Source of the DNA: Thermoproteus tenax Kra 1
Lineage (GTDB): Archaea > Thermoproteota > Thermoprotei > Thermoproteales > Thermoproteaceae
Reading direction: 5' to 3'
DNA: 32,000 bases
Assembly (NCBI RefSeq): GCF_000253055.1
Contig: NC_016070.1
Coordinates: 1,110,001 to 1,142,000, forward strand
How positions within the stretch are numbered: position 1 is the first letter of the stretch; each line of letters begins with the position of its first letter. Of the stretch, positions 1 to 8,251 are shown in pieces. Under the pieces are notes generated by a model, which was not told the origin of the DNA, ran no database searches, and was given only the letters and a program-made list of their open reading frames with translations. The position numbers were made by a program, and so were the translations under genes.

Positions 1-928
1 TGGTCTCCACGTTGTTGACGACGGTGGGCTTTCCATAGAGCCCCCTCTCCGTGGGGTACGGAGGCCTCACCCTCGGCTCCCCCCTCCTCCCCTCCAGCGC
101 CTCCAACAGCGCTGTCTCCTCGCCTACTACGTAGGAGCCGCCCACGGACACGACGCTAATTGGCGGGGCCGCCGCGCCCCTCGAGGCGAGGAAGGCCCTC
201 AGCTCCTCCAGCGCTGCCTCCAACACTGCCCTCGCCGCCTCGTAGTCCTCCCTCACTGCGATGATGGCCTCGTCGACGTCCAACACCAGCGACGCTATGA
301 GCGTCCCCTCCAAAAGCTTGTGTGGGTTCGACTCTACGAGCTCTCTGTCCTTGAAGGTGCCGGGCTCCCCCTCGTGGAAGTTCACCACGAGGTACTTGGG
401 CCTGTCGGGGTTGGACAACAAAGAGCGCCACTTGGCCGCCGTGGGGAACCCGGCGCCCCCCAGCCCCCTCAAGTTCGCCCTGTCGAGGAGCGAGAGCACG
501 AAGGATCTGTCCCGCTCCTCCAAGAGCCTCAGAGCGGCCGAATAGCCCCCCTCTTTGACGTAGGCGTCGAGCCTTTTGTAGGCCCTCAGAGCCTCCTCCT
601 TCCCCGGTATCTCCTGTAGAGAGCCGCGGTATGTATAGAGCCTTCCTCCGATCTTAACTACGGGCCCCTTGTCGCAATAGCCCAGGCAGTAGGCCGTCGA
701 GAACTTTACGCCGCGTCTCTCGAGCTCCTCGGCCGCCCGCCTCGCTCCCTTCAGAACGCAAGGGAGGCCCATACAGACTTGGTTCTCCTCTCGCCCTAGA
801 TAGAACGTGGCGATCCCCTTCAGAGCTGAGACGGGCACATTGTACCTCCGGGCCGTCTCTCTGAGGCCGGAGGACCGCCCCTCGAGCACCTCTCGGGCCG
901 CCTGCCTGAGCCTCGAGTTGTAGTCCAC
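1..928 (-). CDS. nuoF: NADH-quinone oxidoreductase/diaphorase-type protein with NuoE-like N-terminus fused to NuoF-like domain (3' end outside window)
   Basis: Manual reverse-strand translation from a GTG at 928: VDYNSRLRQAAREV...CMGGLPC...STAYCLGYCDKGP...RANLRGLGGAGFPTAAKWRSLLSNPDRPKYLVVNFHEGEPGTFKDRELVESNPHKLLEG. This has the NuoE-type [2Fe-2S] cysteines followed by NuoF FMN/NADH-binding motifs. It is absent from the ORF track because it runs off the window edge. Confidence 0.85.
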   Translation of the reverse strand, partial: MDYNSRLRQAAREVLEGRSSGLRETARRYNVPVSALKGIATFYLGREENQVCMGLPCVLKGARRAAEELERRGVKFSTAYCLGYCDKGPVVKIGGRLYTYRGSLQEIPGKEEALRAYKRLDAYVKEGGYSAALRLLEERDRSFVLSLLDRANLRGLGGAGFPTAAKWRSLLSNPDRPKYLVVNFHEGEPGTFKDRELVESNPHKLLEGTLIASLVLDVDEAIIAVREDYEAARAVLEAALEELRAFLASRGAAAPPISVVSVGGSYVVGEETALLEALEGRRGEPRVRPPYPTERGLYGKPTVVNNVET

Positions 929-1199
929 GGACTCTTGGAGGAGCGGAATAAAACGTTTTCATCGTTGTCGATGGGCGACAGATGCCGAGAAGTTTGAGAT
1001 CGACTGCGAGTTCGTCTCTCGTCTGCGTCCGACTTGGGGCCATCGCGACGTTCTCCTAGTGCTGGCGCAGAGCTTCACCGCTTCCGACGCCGCCGAAGGA
1101 AACCCAGCAGAGGACAACGCTGACACTGCTTGAGGGCCGCGGCCAGAGCCGTCTCCCGCTTCTCCGGAGTTTAAGGCCAGATGGAGCGCGTAAGTGCGC

Positions 1200-1268
1200 T
1201 GAGATGATCGTCGGAGATCGCAACGCATAGCCTTGGGCGCCTAGATCGACGCCTATGTAATACGTCAT
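1200..1268 (-). pseudogene. possible 5' remnant of a ROK/ASKHA-type kinase
   Basis: Reverse strand from ATG at 1268 reads MTYYIGVDLGA. After a frame change it continues RLCVAISDDHLSALTR, resembling the phosphate-1 motif of ROK/ASKHA ATPases (YYIGVDLGAT..RVAI.D), then stops quickly. A TATA-like box (tataatcactatag/gctaaaaa) lies upstream. Confidence 0.35.
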
Positions 1269-1408
1269 ATCACGCCTTGATGAATTGTTTTTAGCTATAA
1301 TCACTATAGATATTGTGATCAAAAATTTATGTAATTTTACACTTTACTCGGGGCTTGCATCGCCGCAATGCGCTAAAAGCAGCTCGGAAGACGGTACCAT
1401 GTGGAGCA

Positions 1409-2815
1409 TCATTTGGGGAAAAATAAAGTGACTAGTAGGAGCGCAATGAGTATCACCACGATGCGCGCGATGCCGAAGGAGATGAATAGGTTCCACACCT
1501 TGTACTGTTTCATTAACGAGAAGCGTGTGTTCAGCCCTATCGCTATGAAAGTCAGCCCGAACAACAAGACTCTAAATGGATCTGTGCCTTGCAACACTAC
1601 CACTGGAACTACGGCCTTTGTGGCTGCGTCGATCGGATTCGGCTGAGCGGCGAAGGCTGAGCCGGCCAAAGCCGCAATGAGCGCAGAGACTGCCAGACTG
1701 GTGAAGAAGTAGCCTAGGACAAACTTTGGAAATCTAAACCAGAGCTCCATAGGCGAGGGCCTCCTCCGCGCCGACTGAGCGCCCCCCGAGCGCCTCGGCT
1801 CTACGAAGAAGGCCCATATCAACGCGAGGACGAAGGCCACTACGCCGATCCAGATGTCTATCAACATCTTGGTCATTACTCCTATAGTCAACGGGGCATC
1901 TAGCCCCACCCCCCTGGCCACTATCTCCGCCGATGCGGCCGCGGCTCCGTCCGTCTTGACCGAGAGCCCCATCCATGCTCCGGCGGCAGCCGGCGACAGT
2001 ACGCCGGCCTTAACCATGCCGATGGCTATCCAAGGCAATATTACAAGCTCAACTGCGGCGAATATTAACACAGCGGCCGAGACCATGGCCGGATATATCG
2101 CAGGCGCATTTATCGCGCCGGCGGCTGCTATGGCCGCGGCCACGCCGCAGATGCTGGTGCCTGCTGTGGCCACCACGCTTAAATCGGTATTTCTAGTGAA
2201 GAGTTTAAATAGGGGGAAGGTGAGGAACATAAACGCGGGGAAGCCTATCAGCACCATCAGAAGGACAGTGCCGCCGTATCTGATCCAGTCTGTGAAGAGT
2301 ATCTTAGCGCCGAGCAGAACCAGAGCAGTCTTGATAAACCACTCGCCCCTCGCTGAGTTCAAGAGCCACTGAGGCACCTTGGGCATATTGCCTATAATGA
2401 GGCTGATGAGGAGGGCGAGCGTGAAGGTGAACTCTGTGGTCACTGCGTTGGCTATGGGCTTATACCCAATGATTATGGCGCTGATCCACCACAGCCAGTA
2501 TATCACAGTGAACCCTTTAACCCACTCAGAGGGCCTCACGCCGATCAACTTCGCAGGGCCCATGAGCAACAACATGAGCGCGATCCAAGCGACAACCAGG
2601 TTCACCCAAGGCGAGCCCAAAACCAACTTTGGATTTGGCACAGCGACAGGCGACGAAATATCGGTCCATGCCTTCCATGTGGGCACCCAGCCCAAGATAT
2701 CTCTGAAGGAGAAGAAGCCGACAAGCGAGTAGAAGAACAGCGCAAGTCCTAACCAGAGCGCCCACCAGTCCTCTTTTTTATAGAGAGGTCTCCAATCGAT
2801 CTTCTGCGAGGACAT
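1409..2815 (-). CDS. YeiH/UPF0324 family multi-pass membrane transporter (putative sulfate/sulfonate-related exporter family)
   Basis: 468-aa ORF, many TM segments, family-like motif TAGTSICGVAAAIAAAGAI and SVKTDGAAAASAEIV. Confidence 0.75.
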   Translation of the reverse strand: MSSQKIDWRPLYKKEDWWALWLGLALFFYSLVGFFSFRDILGWVPTWKAWTDISSPVAVPNPKLVLGSPWVNLVVAWIALMLLLMGPAKLIGVRPSEWVKGFTVIYWLWWISAIIIGYKPIANAVTTEFTFTLALLISLIIGNMPKVPQWLLNSARGEWFIKTALVLLGAKILFTDWIRYGGTVLLMVLIGFPAFMFLTFPLFKLFTRNTDLSVVATAGTSICGVAAAIAAAGAINAPAIYPAMVSAAVLIFAAVELVILPWIAIGMVKAGVLSPAAAGAWMGLSVKTDGAAAASAEIVARGVGLDAPLTIGVMTKMLIDIWIGVVAFVLALIWAFFVEPRRSGGAQSARRRPSPMELWFRFPKFVLGYFFTSLAVSALIAALAGSAFAAQPNPIDAATKAVVPVVVLQGTDPFRVLLFGLTFIAIGLNTRFSLMKQYKVWNLFISFGIARIVVILIALLLVTLFFPK

Positions 2816-3078
2816 AGAGAGCTGTTCTATATCTTTTTAAAACTTTTATTACTATTTCTTGAGTAATAATTTTTCAAATATAATTATTTATTTAAGAATA
2901 AAATAATTATTTTAACAAAAAATTATAAAAATCTGATTACAGATTATTTTTAATAAGAATTATTAAATTTTATTTATTTTTAAGCTAATTTTATGTGTTA
3001 ATCTTAAAAAATAACTAGATTTTAATAATCATTGATAACAGTTAGTAAGAGAATCTCGTTCTATTTGAGCCGTCGGCC

Positions 3079-3888
3079 CTACGCCGACCCAGCCGCCTTG
3101 TTTCCCTCCGCCGCCTTCCTTCCGCCGCAATCCAGAGGGGTCGCCCTCACGGCCCCCAACCCCATGGTCCGGCCCGTGCCGACGTTCAGAGCCTCCATGA
3201 GCTTGATCACTGTCCAGAGGTCCCTCAAGCGCCTCCTCCCGAAGGATCTGTAGAGGGCCCAGCCCACGAAGCCTCTGGCCAGCCCTCCGCCGGGCAGCTC
3301 CACCGTCACTACGCACCTCCTCCGGCAGCCGAAGTCCGTCAGTGCCACGTAGGTGTGCACCCACTTCAAGAAGGGCGTTCCCAACTTCGTCAAACCCAGC
3401 TGCCTCCCGTGTCTCACAGCCGACTTGAAGAGGGACAGAGGACGCGGCAGAAAGTCGAAGAGCGCCCTCCTCCTCCTGTAGATGGGAGGAACGGCGAATC
3501 TGAGCGGGGTCAAGAACTCGAGTTTGAAGCACTGCGCCTCCGGCATCTGGAAGAAGGCGCTTTTGACCTCGACGGCCTCCACCGAGAGCCTCCTCCCGAA
3601 GAGCTCCAAGCTCCTCCCCACAGACTCGGCGAACTTCCTAGCCATGTCCTCGTCGGCGAACCCCGCCCTTATTTCGAGCAGGTCCCCCGGCGCCACCGCC
3701 GCCGCCGACAGCACGGGCCTCCCGTTGTGGAGAAGGGGCCAGACCGAAAACGGCTTCGTCCTCGCGTCGTGTAGGTCGGGCCTCTCAAGGGCCTTGATCA
3801 CGAGGGACTCGACCACAGTCCCAGTGAACCCCACTATTATGACGAGCTCTTGGGCCACGGCGGATATTCTGACTATCTCGACGTCCAC
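3079..3888 (-). CDS. cas6: CRISPR-associated endoribonuclease Cas6-like protein
   Basis: 269-aa ORF with N-terminal HDARTKPFSVWPLL and C-terminal GGGLARGFVGWALYRSFGRRRLRDLWTVIKLMEALNVGTGRTMGLGAVRA, matching the glycine-rich G.GRT.GLG Cas6 C-terminal motif. GTG start with a TATA-like box about 25 nt upstream. Confidence 0.75.
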   Translation of the reverse strand: MDVEIVRISAVAQELVIIVGFTGTVVESLVIKALERPDLHDARTKPFSVWPLLHNGRPVLSAAAVAPGDLLEIRAGFADEDMARKFAESVGRSLELFGRRLSVEAVEVKSAFFQMPEAQCFKLEFLTPLRFAVPPIYRRRRALFDFLPRPLSLFKSAVRHGRQLGLTKLGTPFLKWVHTYVALTDFGCRRRCVVTVELPGGGLARGFVGWALYRSFGRRRLRDLWTVIKLMEALNVGTGRTMGLGAVRATPLDCGGRKAAEGNKAAGSA

Positions 3889-3955
3889 GTCTCAAACGAC
3901 CGGTTAATAAAAAATGGCGATACAACGTTTTTTAGATAGAATTAATTTTTGTTTT

Positions 3956-4609
3956 ATGGTCAAATGGCTCATCATAGGCCTCACGGCGTTGTTCGCGATA
4001 CCTGGCCTGTTGTTGCTCTGGCTCATACTCGCCCAGGGAGGGTCGGGAGGCCTCTACTATATATTTAGCGCGCCTTACGTCGTGCGGAGCCCCGGCTACT
4101 ACAACGTGATGGCCGATCTGTGGGTCAACGGCACTGCGATAGTGGTTGAGGCAAGCAACGTGGTCATCAACGGCTGGGGGCACAAGATCAGAGGGACCGG
4201 CTACGGGATATACATAGCGCCCGGCGTCTCCAACGTGACTGTGGCCGACTTAGCCCTCGAGGGCTTCAGATACGGAGTGCGCGGAGAGGGCGTCAATTAC
4301 GTCGCGCTCTACCGCGTGAATGCCTCGGGCGGCGGCGTCGGCATCTCTCTGTCGGGCAATTACATCTCCCTAGTCTCAGTCAGCGCCGACCACAACTCGG
4401 GCGACGGAATAGACTGCGCCGGCAACTACATATATGTCGCCTCCTCGAACGCCGACTACAACGGAGGCTACGGCGCGTTCATCTCGGGCAACTATATCGT
4501 AGTGAAACGCTTCAACGCCACAGGCGATCTCAGACAGGGCCTGCGGATCGAGGGCTCCCACGTAGTAGTCCAGGGAATAAACGGGAGCGCCCTCTCGATA
4601 GGCTGGTGA
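3956..4609 (+). CDS. secreted/membrane-anchored right-handed beta-helix (NosD/PbH1-like) repeat protein
   Basis: ORF track starts at 3914, but the ATG at 3956 gives a clean signal/TM segment (MVKWLIIGLTALFAIPGLLLLWLILA) preceded by AT-rich promoter DNA. Repeated GNYI/SVSADHNSGDGI... rungs are typical of PbH1 repeats. Confidence 0.7.
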   Translation: MVKWLIIGLTALFAIPGLLLLWLILAQGGSGGLYYIFSAPYVVRSPGYYNVMADLWVNGTAIVVEASNVVINGWGHKIRGTGYGIYIAPGVSNVTVADLALEGFRYGVRGEGVNYVALYRVNASGGGVGISLSGNYISLVSVSADHNSGDGIDCAGNYIYVASSNADYNGGYGAFISGNYIVVKRFNATGDLRQGLRIEGSHVVVQGINGSALSIGW

Positions 4610-4654
4610 GGGGGACGCGCAACCGTTATATTGGGGAGGCGCCGGGCGTATATG

Positions 4655-5135
4655 TATAAGCTCTGGGCGGCATTGATCCTGTCCGCCTGGGCCGCGTGGG
4701 GCTTCGCCATAGCCAATGTGACCTCGCCGGCCATTTCCGCCGCCGCTTACAACGGGAGCGTCTACCTCTACTACGTCGGAATGGCCAACGCCACGGCGCC
4801 GGGCATTGAGGGGGTCATCGTCGGCCCTCCGCAGCGTCCAGCGCCCCTCCCTCCCTCGCCGGCCTTCACTGCAGGCCCCTATCTGCGCCTTTTGGACAAC
4901 GGCTCGCTGGCCCTCCTCTGGACGTCCATCGAGCTGGGCCCCGTCCCAGCCGCCGTGCTCAAGATGTCGGTGTTGGGCAGAGGCGGCTGGGGTCCCCCGG
5001 CGCTCCTGACCGCTAACGGCACAGTCTTCAACTACGCCTCGGACGGAAGATATATCTACGCGCTCTGGAGCCCCCTCTTCTCGCCCGTGCCCATAAACGC
5101 CACAGTGCTCATGTTCTCCGCAGACGGAGCTCTCC
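4655..5135 (+). pseudogene. 5' part of an interrupted secreted-protein gene (signal peptide half)
   Basis: In frame with the ORF at 4631: MYKLWAALILSAWAAWGFAIANVTSPAISAAAYNGSVYLYYV... ending near ...NATVLMFSADGALL, where TnpB C-terminal-like sequence begins in another frame. Confidence 0.6.
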
Positions 5136-5222
5136 TGCGGCTTTGCGGCGGACAGAGGCGATGTGCCCGCGGCGTGGGCCGAGAGGCGCTACTGGGAACT
5201 CCTCCAGAGGGCAAAACAATAG
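5136..5222 (+). pseudogene. C-terminal remnant of a second TnpB (IS605 OrfB-like)
   Basis: Frame starting 5136 reads CGFAADRGDVPAAWAERRYWELLQRAKQ*. The intact TnpB at 6430-6513 reads CGFRAHRDNVPVIWAEKRYWEILQKAKQ (19 of 28 identical by eye). Near-identical DNA includes cgctactgggaa.tcctccag..ggcaaaacaa. Confidence 0.8.
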
Positions 5223-5286
5223 TTTTTCCCTGCTCCCTTTACTTTTCACGTGCATCTAGCTTTTCTTCCCCGCGCCATATACGCGT

Positions 5287-6552
5287 ATGAGCCAAGTCTA
5301 TAGGGCGTTGAAGATCAGAATTCCATGGTGTCTCGTCGAGGAGCGGCCGGACGTCCTCGACCTCACTGTGCGTATGCATCTGGCCGCGGAGGAGTACGCC
5401 AGAAGACTGTTGAAGGAGCTGACGGGGCAAGAGGAGCCGAAGCTCACGGCAGAGGAGCTGGACCGCCTGCTCACTCCCGAGAGGCGGGAGCTGGCGCGCC
5501 GGATAATAGAAGAGACATTCCCCAAGTACGGCCTCAAGAAGTACTTCATAGACAAAGCAAAATTCTTCTGGCGCGACGTGGCGTTCTACAGGGCGGTTCC
5601 ACTTGACATCCAACTTAGGATTGAAAACGAGAGAGACGTGAGTAGGGCAGTCTTCGTCGACCTAAAGAAGGGCGTTCTCAGAGTGCGTAAGCTCGGCATA
5701 CCCTCTTTCGCCGTTGAGTTGAAGAAGAGCAACGTCACTTGGATAAGGGAGAGACTAGAAGAGGGCGCTAAATTGAAGTTAGCGTTCCTCGGCGTTGAGA
5801 AGAGAGGTGGTGAGAAGGAGCCGACATTCGGCGGCCTATACGTCGCCCTTGTGTTCGCTAGGGAGGTGGCGCAGATAGCGCCTAGGGCGCTCGTCGTTGT
5901 CGACGTAAACCGGTTGGACCACTACATAAAGGTCGGCCTCGTGACCGACGGCCGAGCCGTGGAGCTGCGGAAGTTCCCCAAGAGGGAGCGTATACGGAAG
6001 CTTGAGAGGATCCACGTCCACATCAGCAGACTTAGCAGAGCCCTCGCGCGTGTGAACGAGGACATAGACCCGCGCAGAGCCCTCGACATCCAGAGACAGC
6101 TGTGGAAGCTTGAGACGAAGCGCTACGGCATAATCCGCGAGATAGTGGTGGACGCCGCCCGCGAGATCATAAAGCTGGCAAGGGAGCATAAGGCCGCCAT
6201 AGTCGTCGACACGATGGAGGACGAGAGCTACCGAGAGCTGAAGGAGAGGAGCGGAAACGGCATGAGGAAGCACCTCCTAGACGGTCTCGGACAACTGAGG
6301 AGGAGGTTGAAGGAGTTATCCCAGTGGTATGGGTTGCCGTATCTAGAGGAGCGGTTGTACTCAACTGCCTGTCCCCGTTGTGGCGCTAAGATGACAAAAG
6401 AGGAAGGCCGCTTCGTGCGTTGCCCCACTTGCGGCTTCAGAGCGCACCGCGACAACGTGCCGGTGATATGGGCAGAAAAACGCTACTGGGAAATCCTCCA
6501 GAAGGCAAAACAACCCGCTTTTCCGGCGACCGCCACATTTTTAACTTCGTAA
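5287..6552 (+). CDS. tnpB: TnpB (IS200/IS605 OrfB family RNA-guided nuclease-like protein)
   Basis: 421 aa. RuvC-I-like ALVVVDVNRLDHYIKVGLV, RuvC-II region AAIVVDTMEDESYREL, zinc ribbon CPRCG...RCPTCGFRAHRD. No tnpA is adjacent. Confidence 0.85.
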   Translation: MSQVYRALKIRIPWCLVEERPDVLDLTVRMHLAAEEYARRLLKELTGQEEPKLTAEELDRLLTPERRELARRIIEETFPKYGLKKYFIDKAKFFWRDVAFYRAVPLDIQLRIENERDVSRAVFVDLKKGVLRVRKLGIPSFAVELKKSNVTWIRERLEEGAKLKLAFLGVEKRGGEKEPTFGGLYVALVFAREVAQIAPRALVVVDVNRLDHYIKVGLVTDGRAVELRKFPKRERIRKLERIHVHISRLSRALARVNEDIDPRRALDIQRQLWKLETKRYGIIREIVVDAAREIIKLAREHKAAIVVDTMEDESYRELKERSGNGMRKHLLDGLGQLRRRLKELSQWYGLPYLEERLYSTACPRCGAKMTKEEGRFVRCPTCGFRAHRDNVPVIWAEKRYWEILQKAKQPAFPATATFLTS

Positions 6553-6730
6553 GTTTTCTTATTTCATGAACGACGCATGGCCCTTGGGGCGGTTGACGGG
6601 GGCGTGCAGAAGGCGAAAACCGGCCGTTAGACGCCACGTCCCCCGTATGACCCGCCCCCTCGCCCCGGTGTACCCGGGGCGGGCCCTTGAGTCCCCCGGG
6701 GAGGGGCCAAGAGAAAGATAGGGGGACGTG
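6553..6730 (+). ncRNA. candidate TnpB-associated structured RNA / transposon right end (omegaRNA-like)
   Basis: Immediately downstream of tnpB. Perfect 8-bp hairpin cgccccgg-tgtac-ccggggcg (6661-6668/6674-6681). cacgtccccc (6635-6644) is perfectly complementary to gggggacgtg (6721-6730) and also complementary, with one bulge, to acgggggcgtg (6596-6606). Confidence 0.4.
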
Positions 6731-7249
6731 TACGAGCTACTGGACCTCTGGACAGGCTCCGTGGAGCCCCTCGGGAGGTTCGCCTTGGCGGGCGCGGCAG
6801 GTCCCTACCTCTTCGCCTACTCCAACTCCACTCTAACGGTGTGGAACAAAACCGCCGAGCTCCGCCTGCGCGTCCCAGCCCTCGCCGCGGCCTTCGTCGT
6901 CCTAAACGGCGTTCCCCTCGTGGTCGCCGTCAACGGGACGCAGAGCGGCTACGCCTTTATAGTCTACTCCCTCGGCGGAGCTCAGATAATGGAGTGCGCC
7001 TCGGCTGAGCGCCCCCTCTCGTTCGCGGCAGCTCTGCTGGGGGACAGACTCTACCTCTTCTGGGTCGCTGCAAACGGGACTTTGTTGGGCTGTTCGTCGC
7101 GCCTCGCCTTCAGCGCTGCGCCTCCTCCGTCAACGCGGCCGGCCTCCCCCGCGCTGTGGATAATCTCAGCGCTGGCAGTTGTGGCGCTCGGAGCCGCCAT
7201 CGCGGCTCTGAAGTCTAGGCAAAGAGACAGCCGGGGCCTAGCCCGCTAG
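6728..7249 (+). pseudogene. 3' part of the interrupted secreted-protein gene (C-terminal TM anchor half)
   Basis: VYELLDLWTGSVEPLGRF...GTLLGCSSRLAFSAAPPPSTRPASPALWIISALAVVALGAAIAALKSRQRD. It has an extracellular NGT/NST-rich domain and a C-terminal TM but no signal peptide, complementary to the 4655-5135 half. Confidence 0.6.
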
Positions 7250-8251
7250 GTCCGGCCAATAGGTCTCGTACAGCCTCATCCAATACCCGCTGACCAGCCT
7301 GTTCTTGCCCACCACGTCCACTATGGGAACATAGGCTATATCCCCGTTGCTGTAGGCGACCATCACTCCGTACCTGCCGTTCTCCACCGCCTCGTAGGCC
7401 GCCGTGGCGTACCTTACGGCCAAAATTCTGTCGAACGCCGTCGGCGGCACGCCTCTGATTGTGTGCCCAAGCACCACGGCCCTCGCCTCGATCCCGGTGC
7501 TCCTCTCTATATACTCCGCCAGCTCGTTTCCGACGCCCCCCAGCCTCGAGTGACCGTATTCATCCTTGGGCCCTCCGTACTCCTTGATCCCCTCGGAGAC
7601 CACTACAAGGGCCCAGCGCCTCTCGTTGTAGGCCTCCTTGACTCTCTTGGCCACCGAGTCCCAGCTCGCCGGCCTCTCAGGTATCAACACGGCGTCGGCC
7701 ATCGTCGACAGCCCCGTGAACAGCGCTATCCAGCCGGCCTCTCTGCCCATAACTTCGACGACGCCTATCCTTTCGTGGGAAATCAACGTGGTCTTGAAGG
7801 ACTCAGTCGCCTCTATCGCGGCGTTCACCGCCGAGTCGAAGCCTATGGTGTAGTCGGTGCCGTATACGTCGTTGTCTATCGTCTTCGGTATACCCACTGC
7901 GTCGAGTATGCCCCTCCTCTGGGCCTCTCCGGCGGCGCCCAACGTGTCGTCGCCCCCTATGGCCACTACGACGTCGAGCCCAAGCTCCTTCACGTTGCTC
8001 TCAAGCAGCCTCGCCCTCTCCTCGTCTTTGAACGGGTTGGTCCTGGACGTCCTTATGTACGTCCCGCCGGAGAAGGCGAAGTCCAACAAGTCGCGCGACG
8101 AGACCCTCTTGACCTCCTTATTCAACAGCCCCCTCCACCCGTGATATATCGCGTACACCTCGTGCTTCCTCTCGGCGAGTTTCACGAACGTGTAGACTGC
8201 TATGTTGAGGCCCGGGGCGTCGCCGCCCCCCGTCAGAACTCCTATCTTCAT
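7238..8251 (-). CDS. pfp: pyrophosphate-dependent 6-phosphofructokinase
   Basis: 337 aa. MKIGVLTGGGDAPGLN, AIGGDDTLG (GGDD type of PPi-PFKs), PKTIDNDVYGTDYTIGFDSA, MGREAGWIA. Directly downstream of and overlapping fba, as known for Thermoproteus tenax. Confidence 0.93.
   Translation of the reverse strand: MKIGVLTGGGDAPGLNIAVYTFVKLAERKHEVYAIYHGWRGLLNKEVKRVSSRDLLDFAFSGGTYIRTSRTNPFKDEERARLLESNVKELGLDVVVAIGGDDTLGAAGEAQRRGILDAVGIPKTIDNDVYGTDYTIGFDSAVNAAIEATESFKTTLISHERIGVVEVMGREAGWIALFTGLSTMADAVLIPERPASWDSVAKRVKEAYNERRWALVVVSEGIKEYGGPKDEYGHSRLGGVGNELAEYIERSTGIEARAVVLGHTIRGVPPTAFDRILAVRYATAAYEAVENGRYGVMVAYSNGDIAYVPIVDVVGKNRLVSGYWMRLYETYWPDLAG

Noticed and set aside
1401-1646. Plus-strand ORF at the end of the YeiH-like gene
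   Set aside because: Antisense to a membrane protein gene. The apparent composition is a complement artefact.
2820-3078. CRISPR array in the AT-rich gap beside the Cas6-like gene
   Set aside because: Read for regularly spaced repeats and found only irregular AT-rich DNA with short a/t runs.
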